Notes under the pieces: generated by a model
The model's database searches: none
Seen by the model: the letters and a program-made list of their open reading frames with translations, nothing else
Told to the model about the DNA's origin: nothing
Shown: one piece after another, positions 10,720 through 22,453 of the stretch
Numbering within the stretch: the stretch's first letter is position 1
Layout: the number at the start of each line of letters is the position of its first letter
Position numbers and translations under genes: made by a program
NCBI GenBank assembly: GCA_977017575.1
Contig: CDRNVI010000012.1
Location: 930,001 to 994,000, forward strand
Length of the DNA stretch: 64,000 nt
Direction: 5' to 3'
Origin: Paramoeba atlantica
Taxonomy: Eukaryota; Protista; Discosea

Positions 10720-11258
10720 ACGCTTGTTGATGAAAATTTGAAAATTTGGGGTGGAAAAAATACGATAGATCTTTCTGTCAACTCATCAATTGTTTTTCAA
10801 ATGCGTTGTGCCTTAGTGGGCAATTATGTAGTGTCGTTCGTAAATTTTTTACAGGAGATTTTCGACAAAAATTGGGTTCCAAAATTACTTCCCGCCCAAC
10901 ATTTTGACTCAAAAGCAAATTGAAAAATCCTAAAACTGTTTCAACAAACTAATTTTGCACTAAAGTCCTGACCCTAAATGATGCGTTTCCACCACTTATT
11001 TTTTCAGACGCACCCCCTCTCCACTAAACTTTCCACGCGTATTCTCAAAGAGCCATTCCTTGTCCTCGGTGGTAAGATCATAGTTTTCCCGATCATCCTG
11101 GGTTAAAATCACAAGGGCCTTCAACCGCAACATCCTCCCCCACATCGTTGCTTTCGTCAAGTCAAAATATATAATATTCATTAAGAAAATTTTAATACGC
11201 ATAAATATATACCCATGTAATATAAATGACAAATATTCGCATTCTGCAGTGAAACCTC

Positions 11259-12170
11259 ATGAGGCAGAAAGTCTCTTTTGTGCGATGCATTAAGCCTTTG
11301 CGCGACCTCAATGAATGGATTTCTAAAGGTTGTGATGGAGTTCCAACGGAAATAGACAAAGCTTCTTTAGAAAGATTGATCAAAGAATCTGAGCCTTACT
11401 TGTACAGTCCGGAGTACAACTTGCCTTGGAATACCTTAGAAAACTTTTGCAGAATAAGGTCAGTGACACCAGAAGCGGTCCGAGTTATGCGACGTCTTAC
11501 AGTGAAAATGGCACTGCGATCTCAAGAACGACACCCATCACATTACGGAAATGCACATCGCATCTCACAAAAGAACTGTCACACTCTTCTACGCTTCCTA
11601 GCCTATGCGATGGAAACAGACAAGGAATCTGGACAACTATCTGTCGGTTTTTTGAATGAATTTCAGTGTGTGTTGCACTACATTGAAAGTTATGCCAGTA
11701 GTGTAACTCATCTACTCTCTTCTGTAGCAAATGAAAGCGTCAGAAAAAGACAAAGAATATTTGTTCCGTTTCGAAAATCTCTCTCGAACCACCATTTTCC
11801 ACTTGGGAGTGTTCCGCAGACTGTGCACTCGGAACGAAAGGCAAAGTTCATTTTGCGAGATAATGTTTCCAGTAGGAATCTTTTATGGCAGTTAAATCAG
11901 TTTTCGGAAACGTTACTAACGGTGACAGGAGTTAAATATCCAGTAGAGAGAGACGTTTCGTTTTTTCAATCCTTATTTCGGGTCTTATATCTTATAGTTC
12001 AATGCCTTGATCACCGTTCCAAGAAGTGTACTTATAAACAGCTTATGAATGTAGCCTCACATGATCTACGCACTTGCTTATTTTGTCTGCGACGAAGAGA
12101 ACATGAGTGGGATAGCATCTCAGAAGTATCTTTATTAAGCGGTTTACTGGTCCACGTGCTAGACGCTTGA
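11259..12170 (+). CDS. Hypothetical protein (303 aa)
   Basis: Long ORF on the cluster strand with ordinary composition; no motif recognised. Confidence 0.6.
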   Translation: MRQKVSFVRCIKPLRDLNEWISKGCDGVPTEIDKASLERLIKESEPYLYSPEYNLPWNTLENFCRIRSVTPEAVRVMRRLTVKMALRSQERHPSHYGNAHRISQKNCHTLLRFLAYAMETDKESGQLSVGFLNEFQCVLHYIESYASSVTHLLSSVANESVRKRQRIFVPFRKSLSNHHFPLGSVPQTVHSERKAKFILRDNVSSRNLLWQLNQFSETLLTVTGVKYPVERDVSFFQSLFRVLYLIVQCLDHRSKKCTYKQLMNVASHDLRTCLFCLRRREHEWDSISEVSLLSGLLVHVLDA

Positions 12171-12334
12171 AAGCAGTTTCGGCACATTATTAGGCTCACT
12201 CAATGTAGCCTTGTACTAATCCAATTTCGAACGAGTGAGTATCCCCATCCGAAATTTAATGGCAACGTTTCTCTAGTACCTGTATTGCTACCTGCACTCC
12301 GATGCGGGATTTTTGTTGTGACGAAAGGTTCTTT

Positions 12335-12724
12335 TTATCGAGTACCCGAAGTGTCGTACATTTCCACTACAAACGTGTATAAACTACTGTATAAAGTAGT
12401 GGTATCTCTGCAAGGAGAAAGCATTGAGGTTTTAGAGTTTCGATTGAAAATTGTGGTTACATGAGAATGGTAAAGGGGGTCCTGATATCCTGTCCGTCCC
12501 ATGATCCCCCCTATGGAAATCTTAGTTACTTCATGCGTTTTTTGTCCATTTTGGTCGAGAGCCCATAAATGACGAACAAAAAAATACGAAGCGTGTTCGC
12601 CTTTAAGCTCCGATGCTATTTTTAAACGTTTTGGAACCGGATTAATGTATATCAAGGCCTTCCTATCACTGGTTCCGCTTTGTACATACCCCTCTAGAGT
12701 GGTCTTGTTTTTGTCCTCACTCAT
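12335..12724 (-). CDS. Possible ORF or pseudogene fragment next to a solo transposon terminus
   Basis: 129-aa ATG ORF against the cluster orientation; the frame stays open 46 more codons past its TAA; no motif recognised. Confidence 0.2.
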   Translation of the reverse strand: MSEDKNKTTLEGYVQSGTSDRKALIYINPVPKRLKIASELKGEHASYFFVRHLWALDQNGQKTHEVTKISIGGIMGRTGYQDPLYHSHVTTIFNRNSKTSMLSPCRDTTTLYSSLYTFVVEMYDTSGTR

Positions 12725-12927
12725 AGCCTCTCAAAATTCTTTTGAGAAAAGGTCTTTTAAAAGTAGACTTTTTTCAGCTTTTCATTTTTAGCGTTCAAAT
12801 CGAGTTGCACACTAACATGAGAAGTCGGTGCCGCATTCTTATTTTTCAAGCTGTGTTCTCATTTTCCCGTTTAAGTCATTTACATTTTTAAGTAAATTTT
12901 AGTTATGTTCCGGTTTAATGTACCTAG

Positions 12928-12977
12928 AACCTATAAAGGGGGGAGGGGTCGAGGCTATTATAAACGGGTGGGTACAG
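12928..12977. mobile_element. Solo terminus of the MITE family seen at 36435
   Basis: GAACCTATAAAGGGGGGAGGGGTCGAGGCTATTATAAACGGGTGGGTACAG|TA is nearly the reverse complement of 36435-36486. Confidence 0.75.
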
Positions 12978-13531
12978 TACTATACGTGGCTGAAGTACAG
13001 TTGTAGTGAGTACCACGAATGCCTACCCCTGCATATTTACGCCCTTCATTTAGACTTTCTCAAAGAGTTTTATGTGGGTACGCCGCGAAGCGGCGCGAAA
13101 TTTTTTTTTTCATTTTTTATTACGCGGTAACGTTCTATACCTGGTAGTTATACAGTGGTTTCAATTGAACTTCCTCCCCCCGCGGAATTTTGAGTTTTTT
13201 TGTCCGTTTTTGCTCATTTTTGTTGCAAACGAGAGTTCTCGTTCCCCTAGTGAAGCGCTTTGGCACCTTTTTTTCATAGGGACCCTCTAGTGCTCATATG
13301 ATGACCCGAAAAACAGCCAAAACAAGATTCTTGATAAATACGAATCTTGGAAGGAAGTCTAAAACCATGTGATTTGGACCCAGGGGGTACCAGGGGGTTC
13401 CTTCAAAAAAAGGGCAGCAAAGCGCTTCGTCAGAAAAACGAGATCTATCCAATGCTGCGAAAATGAAAAAACACAGATAAAAGCAGGGTTCGCAGAAACT
13501 ATAAAACTATCAATATAGTACTATATAGTTA

Positions 13532-13857
13532 CTATACCCCCCCCCCCTGCTTATGAGTTCCCGCAATTCTGGTACGCTTATGAGTTCCTTTTTCTAAGGC
13601 GAATGTTTTTGTACCCACTTTTCGAGAAGCGATTTTTTTTTGAACAGAACAAAAATTCACAATTTTACCAACTACTGTACGTCAGGCTGCTGTACAGACT
13701 TGCATACTAAGCTGACAATCTTTTTAGTGCCAGTACCATTGTAAAGGAGAACCCGCGGCGCCTATTTTCGCTTTTTTATAGCTCGATTTCTGGTCTGGTA
13801 CGCTTATGAGCTCCTTTTTCTCAAAACGAGGGAACTCATAAGCAGGGGGGGGTATAG
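13532..13857. mobile_element. MITE (326 bp) nested in 13153-15326
   Basis: TA|CTATAC-C-run-TGCTTATGAGTTCCC ... GGGAACTCATAAGCA-G-run-TATAG|TA; TCTGGTACGCTTATGAG(T/C)TCCTTTTTCT occurs twice internally. Confidence 0.85.
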
Positions 13858-14863
13858 TAATATAAACTTTTTTTAAAAACTATAAAAAACTATATTTTTT
13901 TGTTTCACGTTTTAAGCACTCCTAAGCTCACCAACACGCCATAAATACACAGATAATTCTTTTGTGTACGATTTTTCTTATTTTTAAACCCGGAAATTGA
14001 TGCCCGAAATTAAAGGTACGAGGGGTACTTCCTGCAAAGATTATATTATTGAAGTGTTGCGCACGGAGAGAACTAAACAAGCGGTTGAATGTAACTTGTG
14101 TCAGGAGGGGTCGTACCCCAGTCCCAACGAGTGGCCTTGACAGATTGTCTTGTGCGAATCTTGCGTCCCAAACATCTTCTCACTGCATCGCTGTCGCCGC
14201 ACATTGGCTGGAGCCACCGACGTTATGACTTGGGACTGAATAACTGCTGCTCACAATTCTATGAGTTTGAATAAATACAATCTTATGAGTTTGAATAAAT
14301 TACGCGATGTGTTGTCCGGTGGAGAGTGCGTGTTTCCTATCGTCACTCCTTTCGCATGCGTTTCATTGCTATTTCCGATTGCTATTTTTCATTGCTATTT
14401 CCGAGGAGATGACGCACTAGTCGATGATATTTTTCGGCGGTGATGGAACCGCGGGGAAGAGGGAACATGTTTCGATAACCACCATAAAAATCGAAGGGTA
14501 TCTCCCCGTTTGTAAAGGATTCCGATATAACAAAAGAATCTTTAAGGGACATGCCCTTCCATTTTTGTCGTGGTTTGCCAAAGGTGCTTTTAGTATCTCC
14601 CTCGTCCACTTTAGCTTGGGTTACATTTTTTTCAGAATTTCTTGTCATATCATACGTACGTAAGCGTGTAAGAACGCGTGTAGAGGCGTGTGTATGTCCT
14701 TCACAAGCGGAGAGGACTCAAAAAATATCACTTGTAAAGTGAAAAATACTTTATACTTTTCGCATAGTTTTATAGTAAAATATAGTAAATGTAGTACTAT
14801 ACAAATGTATAGTAACTATATTCCATGAAAAAACTATATTTTACTATATTATACAAACAACAA

Positions 14864-15270
14864 AGGGGGGGGTACGTCTATTGTTGGCATTCATCTATTG
14901 TTGGCAAACTAATAAAATCACCTATTGTTGGCAATCGGTTATTGTTGACATTTAATTAATTTTGATTTTTTTGACCCATTGCCATGTGTAACGGATAAAA
15001 TCCTGGAATCTGCTAAGGTCAAAATTTCCACGTTTTTCGAAAATTTTCGAAAATTTCCTCTTTTTCGAGGATACGTATAAGTATCCTCGTGTATGAGGGG
15101 GGCGACGGTAGTGTAAGTGATAAAAGTAGCGCAAGTTACCTTGATAGCCAACAATAGATGATTTTATTGCCGTTCCATCTATTGTTGGTTAAGGGGGGTA
15201 TTGTATCATCTATTGTTGGCAATCGGCTATTGTTGGCAAAAAAAGTTGCCAACAATAGACAAGCCCCCCT
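14864..15270. repeat. Element bounded by G-run/C-run ends containing nine copies of CTATTGTTGGCA
   Basis: Forward copies at ~14878, 14895, 14922, 14939, 15179, 15210, 15227 (two are variants); reverse copies at ~15147 and 15247. Confidence 0.8.
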
Positions 15271-15794
15271 GGATAAAAAAACTCAAAATTCCGCGGGGGG
15301 AAGATACATGTATCTTGAAACCACTGTATTAACCCGGAACACGGTACAAATTAAATCATTTACAATGCCGATACCTCAGTTCCTATTTTTTGCTATTCTC
15401 ACAACAGGTTCGTCTCATTATTTTTCTTCTAAACTGTATGATGACAATTTTAACGTGATTGCTGTTCTGTGCAGGAAGAAATGATAACGTATACCCACAA
15501 TTCGCTGAGTTATTTTTTATTTTGTGTACACAGAACATTCACATTCACAAAATCACGTTCATAAAATCAACATAATAAATGTAGCCTGCGCCTGCGCCGT
15601 CTCACCAATTCTTTTTATTTGCATGAGAATATATTTCTAAGGCTTCGTGAGGGTGGATCTCTTATGAATGTATGACAGTGTATTGTAAGTCCCTTGATCG
15701 TAGCACGTATGCTGTATGATAGTATTCGGACTGTTTCACGTAGACGGCTGCGCCTATATTGTTTCCTTCGAGAGAAGCGGGCACCTGCCCACTA

Positions 15795-18700
15795 ATGAAG
15801 CTTCGCTGCCAACTATTTGTACTGGATCATGTATACGAGACAGATTTTGCAGACCAAAAAAGCCATGGAACTACTATACTTAACCGTGTGTCTAGGAAAC
15901 ACGAAATCAGTTCATTGTCCTCTAGCTATCCTGGAAGCGTTTCAGCCCAACAGGCTCGAGTTCCGGTGCTCAGGTGTTTCGGAAGAACATTGAAAGGGGA
16001 AAGCGTATGCGCTCGAATTCACGGAGTTTTTCCTTACATTATGCTTTACTCACCTCTTCAGCACTCGAGAGAGAATGGTTTAGGTGTCTGGGATGACACT
16101 CTTCCCCGCAGGTTTAGCTGCACATTGGAAGATGCTATTAGAGAGCAATACCACATGCCACGAAATAGAAACATTATTCATTCCGTATGTCTTGTAAAGG
16201 GAATGCCTTGCTATGGTTATCATCCTGATTCTGCTATCTTTTTTAAAGTGGAATTCTATCACACCGCATACGTAAAGCGTGCGGTAAATGTTTGCACTCA
16301 AAGCACAGCTGTCGGTGGTATCAAATGGCTCCCACATGAAGCTCACTTGAGTTTTGAGTTACAATTCTTAGTTGACTTTGACCTTGGCGGCATGTCATGG
16401 CTGGACCTGTCTGATTGTAAATCTGCGCAACACAAAACGACTACAGTTGAAATTGAAGTAGACGTGGAGTGTAGAAACGTACAACCCGCTGACACAACTG
16501 TGACACAAGGTCATCGCTTTCAGTCGGTGTCATCTATGAAGTATGTTACGATGGAATTGGAAGAATTCTATAAGAATACTAACGCCACAGATATGTTCTT
16601 ATCGGAGCTGAAAGAAACTGAATCCGCATATCACACAAACAATACTGAAGCATCTTTGATATTATGTGACAACAAGAAGAATCCTGTCAATCGTAACATG
16701 GAGAACATGTTCGAAGAACTCTATTCAGTTTCACATAAAGAAGCAGAAGTCGTGCATTCAACTCCTTCATTATCATCAACGGGTGCCTTCAGTGACAAAG
16801 AGGCTACACCAGAGCCATTAACTTTGGATCTCATTCGCGAGATCGGGCGCACCGGATACAGTCCTGAAGCCATATGTTTTTTAGATGATGATAATAATTC
16901 AATCAAGCGCAATAGTAGTTCATGCTTAGAGCATTCCTCAACGAGCACCGAATTTTACAAACAAGAAAGCGAAGATGTTTCTTTAAGCCCACGTGAAAAT
17001 GTCAATGTACGTCGGGAGCTTGACTTTGAAACTCCACGAAAGGCTCGGAACTCAGGTCGTAAAAATACAAAGGATACATCAGCTCGCCGTCTACAGCATG
17101 ACATTCTGAACTACAACGCTTTTTCTCAGGCAGAGGCTGCAAGTTATTCCATCTCGTGCAGTGGTAAAACGCAAGATTCTCTTGATTCTGTTGAAAGATC
17201 AGAAAGTTCCATTGAATTGTTCTCAGATCGTCCCACTGTGTCTATCGGTCATACCAGTGAATCATATTTCCTTCCAAGGAGAAATGGACGGGACGAAGTG
17301 AGTCATATCGAAAAGCCTGGTACTCCATTACATAGTCCCATGCGCGCTCAAGGAGAGTCAGAGGATTTTATTCTTACTCCAAAACGCTGTGTGCGCTTTG
17401 ACAACTCTTCAAAATCAGCTGGGTTGGGTTCAGTCTCTGAAAAAGAAACATGTTTAAGAACTGACGGCAGTTCAGCCGGACCTTACAAGTCTATGCCCAA
17501 GTCTATTTGCGGTCCTATGAATGTTGGTGTCCCGAAAAGGTGGAAACGCGTCGTTTTTCGTACTTCCGCTCCATCTTGGAAATCTGTTGAAAGTACCCCA
17601 GATTCCATAAACAATCTGCAAGATCCTTTTCCTAGAAATGCATTGCCTACTTCCCTTTCTACTCGATCATCCCAAGCATACAGGGAGTTTCAAGAGATAT
17701 TCAAAAAACAGACTTATTATCCTGAGCATTATGATGTATCATTGAAGACTGAAATTAATTTGACCATATCTGCAAGAAATTTGTCCCCCAGCTGGGCAGA
17801 AATCAAGTCCTCCTATGACACCTGTTCCAGAAGTGCAGAAATGGCTATCCGAGATAGAATACGAACACCAAGTGGAGAAAAGGGAATATATACAGCAATT
17901 TCTGGGATAAAAAATGTGCGCAGCCCTGAGGCTTTTCGGTTGGAAAATTCACGTAAGCATCTTGTTCAATTACGCTGCCTTTATTTCGAGATTATGATAG
18001 GCTCACGAGGTGTCTTACGTGCTGCATGTCTAATCTTTTATAACGCTCAATCGGAGAATATTACCGACTCCGAGATGCATATAATTGGTGCTGGGGCCCG
18101 AAGGTTGCGCACGAAAGGCCAATCACAGTGTCACGTGTGCTGCATTTATCACCATACAGAATTTTTACTTCTGCGTGCCGTGGAGAAAAAGTTGGTCAAT
18201 AGTGACCCCGACCTCATTGCAGGGTGGGAAATACAAAAACGAAGTTTAGGATACTTTATATCAAGATATAAACATGTCATCGGGAGTGAACCTGTACTCG
18301 GAAGATCGATTAGTAATATTACTGATAAAGATGCGGGTTCAGCTGCACCGGATTCAAGGCCAAAATCTAAGGAAATCAAATCAGACGATGACCAGAGTGA
18401 CATAAACCAAATTGATAGAGATGAAAACCGAAAGAAACATAGAGAACATGAAAATTTTCTGTCCGTTTTCGGTTCTGTTTTGAATGCAGCCGAGAAAGAT
18501 GAGTCAAGTGTGTCGTTGGAACACGTATCAACAGACACGTATAAATCTTCGCGAACTCTACATTTACATGGAAGAATACTAATAAACTTATGGAAAGTCT
18601 ACCGGAGCGAACAGAAATCCAAATCATACACACTTCAAAACGCAGCATGGCATTTACTGCGTCGTAGACTTCCTGAACATTCAGACCTAAGTTTGGAGCA

Positions 18701-20930
18701 ATACCTAACGAATGGATCTGTTTCCCAATCCTACTATGCTCTACATCGCCTTTGGGACTACACAATGTGCAGTCTTGAAGTTTGTTTGAAGCTAGATTTC
18801 CTTGTTCGCACCGCTGAAATGGCTAGAATCTACGGTATACAATTCTTTGAAGTCCTCTCCAGAGGATCTCAGTTTCGTGTGGAATCTATCCTGTTGCGAA
18901 TAGCCCGGCGTCAAAACTATGTCGTGCTTTCACCATCAACAGAAGAAGTAGCCAGGCAAAACGATCAAGAGGCGGTACCCTTGGTAATGGAACCTGCCAG
19001 TGGATATTACCGCGACCCCGTTCTTGTGCTAGACTTTCGGTCCCTGTACCCTTCCATAATAATCGCATATAATTTGTGTTACACTACTTGCCTTGGAAAA
19101 TTATCCCGATTGGAAAGTAAAAAATTGGGAGTTTTATCAGGATATCAGACCCCTGTTGATGTTGTTAGATCTATCAAATCTCACATTAGGATTGCACCCA
19201 ACACTACGATGTTTGTCAGTGAGGATCTTCGTAAAGGCATTATTCCAACAGCACTGCGTTCAATACTGGGTACAAGACAGCTTGTCATCAAGGCAAGAAA
19301 AAAAGCTGAAGCTGAGAGCGATCTCATAGGCAGCCGGGTTCTTGAAGCACGTCAACTGGCTCTCAAGCTGCTAGCAAATGTTATTTATGGATATACGGCC
19401 GCGACATGGACAGGGAGGATGCCGTGTTCGGACCTCGCCGACGCAATTGTGCTACTTGCGAGAAACGTGCTGGAACAAACTATTCACAGTGTGAACCAGA
19501 ATGCGGAATGGGGAGCTTTCGTTGTGAGCGGAGACACGGATTCACTGTTCGTACATATAAAAGGGGCAACTCTACCTCGAGCTTTTCAAGTTGCGCACGA
19601 AATAATAGACTTTGTGCAGAATCGCTTTCCTTCTCCAATTGCGTTAAAGCTGGAGAAGGTGTATCTGCCATGTGTCTTGGTCGCTAAGAAGCGTTACGCC
19701 GGATATGCTTACGAATCACTTTCAAGCACTCCGAAACTGGATGTTAAAGGTTTGGAATGCATTCGTCGTGATCAAACCGATGCGACAGCGAATATGCTGA
19801 CTAAAATGTTGCATCTTCTTTTCAAAAATTCGGATATTCAAGCTTTGGAAAGTTACTTTACTAGACAATGCGAAAAACTTTTAAGTGGAAGCGTGACACC
19901 TTGTGATTTGATTCTACGTCAAGAAGTTAAGTTTGGTACCTACCAAGCAGCCAATTTGCCTCCTGCAGCCGAAATTGCCGTACAAGAAGTGAAGAAAGGA
20001 GAAGGAGTTCCAATGTACGGAGAACGGGTGCCATATCTAATTACTCACACCGCGCAGTTTGCCAAACGACTCCGTGACATGTTGGTACATCCGCGCGTAT
20101 ATTTTTCTAGTATAATCAGCAAACCTGATTCCGGACAATTTTTTAGTATCAATATGTTTGACAATCCAGAGACGCAACGACCACCGAATATTCATGTAGA
20201 ATACTATCTGGATAGACAAATCGTACCTGCACTGCAACGCGTTTTTGGCCTAATCAACGTGCACCTTGGCGAATGGCTCTCTAGAGTGCGAAGGTCAGTT
20301 TCTTCTATCCCTTCTATGAAAGCTACTCGTGACACATTAGATGGTTTTTTGCGGCAAGCGAATTGTGTTTCGTGTTCAAAACCGGCCGGTTCTACGGCAG
20401 TACCAATACGGACTGAAGAATTTCCCAAGCGAAGTAAAAAAGTGGTGGCCAAAAAAGCAAATGAGAAAATTGTGAATGAATCCAATGCCTTATGTCAACA
20501 ATGCTTTCAGGATTCTCAGACGACTCTACTAGGCCTCCGTATGCGCCTCAACGCAGTGCAGAAGAGACTTCACAATCAATACATCATTTGCCACCGTTGT
20601 ACAGGGGAAGTCGGGGGACCAGACGAAGTCTCGACGTGTGTGAACACTGAATGTCCAATATCATTTGAGCGTGTTAAATTGCAAGGAAGGTTAAGTTATC
20701 TTCATGAAACTGTTATAGATATAGAGGATCTGTTTAATCCTATAAGATTGAACAACTCTGATGAAACTCATTCAAACTTTAAGGTCGATGCGTTCTATAG
20801 AAAACCTTTTAATAAATTGTCCAACCGGGAGCCCTGCGAAACACTTAGCTCAGTCGAATCCTCAGAGTACATTGATCTTCTTACCCCGCGAGCCTCATCT
20901 CGAGATATAAACGAGATTTATGTCGAATAA
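15795..20930 (+). CDS. REV3: DNA polymerase zeta catalytic subunit
   Basis: Family-B motifs VLDFRSLYPSIIIAYNLCYTT, RQLALKLLANVIYGYTAA, SGDTDSLFV, KKRYAG; REV3-type LSRGSQFRVES and PHEAHL; C-terminal Cys4 clusters. Confidence 0.96.
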   Translation: MKLRCQLFVLDHVYETDFADQKSHGTTILNRVSRKHEISSLSSSYPGSVSAQQARVPVLRCFGRTLKGESVCARIHGVFPYIMLYSPLQHSRENGLGVWDDTLPRRFSCTLEDAIREQYHMPRNRNIIHSVCLVKGMPCYGYHPDSAIFFKVEFYHTAYVKRAVNVCTQSTAVGGIKWLPHEAHLSFELQFLVDFDLGGMSWLDLSDCKSAQHKTTTVEIEVDVECRNVQPADTTVTQGHRFQSVSSMKYVTMELEEFYKNTNATDMFLSELKETESAYHTNNTEASLILCDNKKNPVNRNMENMFEELYSVSHKEAEVVHSTPSLSSTGAFSDKEATPEPLTLDLIREIGRTGYSPEAICFLDDDNNSIKRNSSSCLEHSSTSTEFYKQESEDVSLSPRENVNVRRELDFETPRKARNSGRKNTKDTSARRLQHDILNYNAFSQAEAASYSISCSGKTQDSLDSVERSESSIELFSDRPTVSIGHTSESYFLPRRNGRDEVSHIEKPGTPLHSPMRAQGESEDFILTPKRCVRFDNSSKSAGLGSVSEKETCLRTDGSSAGPYKSMPKSICGPMNVGVPKRWKRVVFRTSAPSWKSVESTPDSINNLQDPFPRNALPTSLSTRSSQAYREFQEIFKKQTYYPEHYDVSLKTEINLTISARNLSPSWAEIKSSYDTCSRSAEMAIRDRIRTPSGEKGIYTAISGIKNVRSPEAFRLENSRKHLVQLRCLYFEIMIGSRGVLRAACLIFYNAQSENITDSEMHIIGAGARRLRTKGQSQCHVCCIYHHTEFLLLRAVEKKLVNSDPDLIAGWEIQKRSLGYFISRYKHVIGSEPVLGRSISNITDKDAGSAAPDSRPKSKEIKSDDDQSDINQIDRDENRKKHREHENFLSVFGSVLNAAEKDESSVSLEHVSTDTYKSSRTLHLHGRILINLWKVYRSEQKSKSYTLQNAAWHLLRRRLPEHSDLSLEQYLTNGSVSQSYYALHRLWDYTMCSLEVCLKLDFLVRTAEMARIYGIQFFEVLSRGSQFRVESILLRIARRQNYVVLSPSTEEVARQNDQEAVPLVMEPASGYYRDPVLVLDFRSLYPSIIIAYNLCYTTCLGKLSRLESKKLGVLSGYQTPVDVVRSIKSHIRIAPNTTMFVSEDLRKGIIPTALRSILGTRQLVIKARKKAEAESDLIGSRVLEARQLALKLLANVIYGYTAATWTGRMPCSDLADAIVLLARNVLEQTIHSVNQNAEWGAFVVSGDTDSLFVHIKGATLPRAFQVAHEIIDFVQNRFPSPIALKLEKVYLPCVLVAKKRYAGYAYESLSSTPKLDVKGLECIRRDQTDATANMLTKMLHLLFKNSDIQALESYFTRQCEKLLSGSVTPCDLILRQEVKFGTYQAANLPPAAEIAVQEVKKGEGVPMYGERVPYLITHTAQFAKRLRDMLVHPRVYFSSIISKPDSGQFFSINMFDNPETQRPPNIHVEYYLDRQIVPALQRVFGLINVHLGEWLSRVRRSVSSIPSMKATRDTLDGFLRQANCVSCSKPAGSTAVPIRTEEFPKRSKKVVAKKANEKIVNESNALCQQCFQDSQTTLLGLRMRLNAVQKRLHNQYIICHRCTGEVGGPDEVSTCVNTECPISFERVKLQGRLSYLHETVIDIEDLFNPIRLNNSDETHSNFKVDAFYRKPFNKLSNREPCETLSSVESSEYIDLLTPRASSRDINEIYVE

Positions 20931-21410
20931 ACATTTTGGTTGAATACCTTTGTTTGACCTTACAGTAAGGGTAATAGGCGGCTTCGGAGCAGTTTTGCTG
21001 CAGCCTTGGTAACATTTGTTGCTAATCGAGGATGTTGTGATGGTTGCGCAACCACTATCAATAGCAACATAAAAGCCAAGTAGAGTGTATTCCCGGTCAA
21101 TGTCCATTATTCCTATCAATGTCCATTATTCCCACCGTGATTGGCACTTCATCCGGATTAGTTTCAAATTATTCTTTGTTGAACGACGCACTGCAGTTTT
21201 GATGTGATTCGTGTCCACACCCATCTGCAATTCTTCGAATACACATCAAGTACTTTCCCTGTACAGTAAGGACGCTTAAAAGCAGCATTTCATCTCTCAT
21301 CATAGCGATTCGTGTTGAGCACACTTTCACGTGTTTTTACTGTCATTTTATTCTTCGTTTTCTATTTTCTCAACTTGTATATTACATGTCCTGATCCTCC
21401 CGTGCTTCAG

Positions 21411-22187
21411 ATGGCACCTCACCGTCCTCACCTAACCTCCTTCTACCTCCCTCTCACCCTCCTCACCTGCCTTGTGCTGTGTGTCGAAGCCCTCACCGTC
21501 CGCACCTTCTTCCCCGGCTCCCTCTCCTCCCCCTCTCTCCTCCTCTTTTTCCTCACCACCTTTGCCACCGTGGTCCTCCTCCTCCTCTTCGGGGTTTTCA
21601 CCCCACGAAAAGACATCTTCCACACGTTAGCCCAACACGACATGGACCACACCAATACACATAGGCCTGGTTTCTCGAACGTTGCGGAGGATCCCGGCAT
21701 GTTGGACCCCGATAGCGTCCCCCCCGCCCCTCCCACGGTGGCCGACCGGGTCCCCGGCGCCACCTACTCCTGTGAGCGCTACACCCGGGACGCTCTCGCG
21801 GAGCTCCTCGGGTCCCAGCCCTACCGCCGCTGGCTGGAGCGCTCCATCCTCCAGGCCAACGTGCAGCGCACGGTGGCGGGACTCCGACACGCCCTGGTGC
21901 GTACCCTCCTGGGGTGCGTGCTCTCGGCCTGGGTGATCCGCGAGGGGGTGGGGAGGGGAGGGGGGGCGGTGGGGGTGGAGGCCGTGGCAGCGTTACTCAC
22001 GGCGTTTCTGGTGGCGCTGCCCCCCCGGGAGGGGGTGGTGGCGGGGTGTGTGGTGGCGGCGAGCGGGGTGTGTTATCTAAGTGAGGGGGAGGAGGCGAGC
22101 TCGCTGCCGATTGTGACCTGTACCACCGTTATATTGCGTATATTGGCGGAGGAGACCTTGGGTGGGTGGAGTTCGTGTGTCGTTTAA
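21411..22187 (+). CDS. Hypothetical multi-pass membrane protein
   Basis: Hydrophobic segments at both ends; ATG at 21411 directly after a pyrimidine tract and CAG. Sequence is strongly skewed (see findings). Confidence 0.55.
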   Translation: MAPHRPHLTSFYLPLTLLTCLVLCVEALTVRTFFPGSLSSPSLLLFFLTTFATVVLLLLFGVFTPRKDIFHTLAQHDMDHTNTHRPGFSNVAEDPGMLDPDSVPPAPPTVADRVPGATYSCERYTRDALAELLGSQPYRRWLERSILQANVQRTVAGLRHALVRTLLGCVLSAWVIREGVGRGGGAVGVEAVAALLTAFLVALPPREGVVAGCVVAASGVCYLSEGEEASSLPIVTCTTVILRILAEETLGGWSSCVV

Positions 22188-22453
22188 GGGCGTGTGTTTA
22201 ATTAGGGTGGGGAAGGGATGGTTGACCTGCGTTGAAGTGCGGGTTTGTCATTCTGTTCTTTTGAAAGGGATAGTACGGAGCTGATAAGAATTTTCTTTTT
22301 TAAAATAGGTACGATATACGCTCTTACGATAGCCACAAACAATCTTTTTTTAAGTAATCTTTTTTTCCTGTCGGCAATACTTTTTCCCGAATGTCAAGCC
22401 TTCGAAAGGCATGCTCATGCGATTTTTTACATTTTTGAAGGAACTTTTGCCTG

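Larger units (their letters stand above)
13153..15326. mobile_element. 2.17-kb non-autonomous Tc1-type element carrying nested insertions
   Basis: TA|CAGTGGTTTCAA...CCCCCCGCGGAATTTTGAGTTTTTT at left and its reverse complement ending TTGAAACCACTG|TA at right. Confidence 0.8.

Noticed and set aside
9380-10980. Possible TIRs for the DD53E transposase (TAGTGCAAAATTA at ~9568 and its reverse complement at ~10950)
   Set aside because: Only a 13-bp AT-rich match that does not extend; no TSD.
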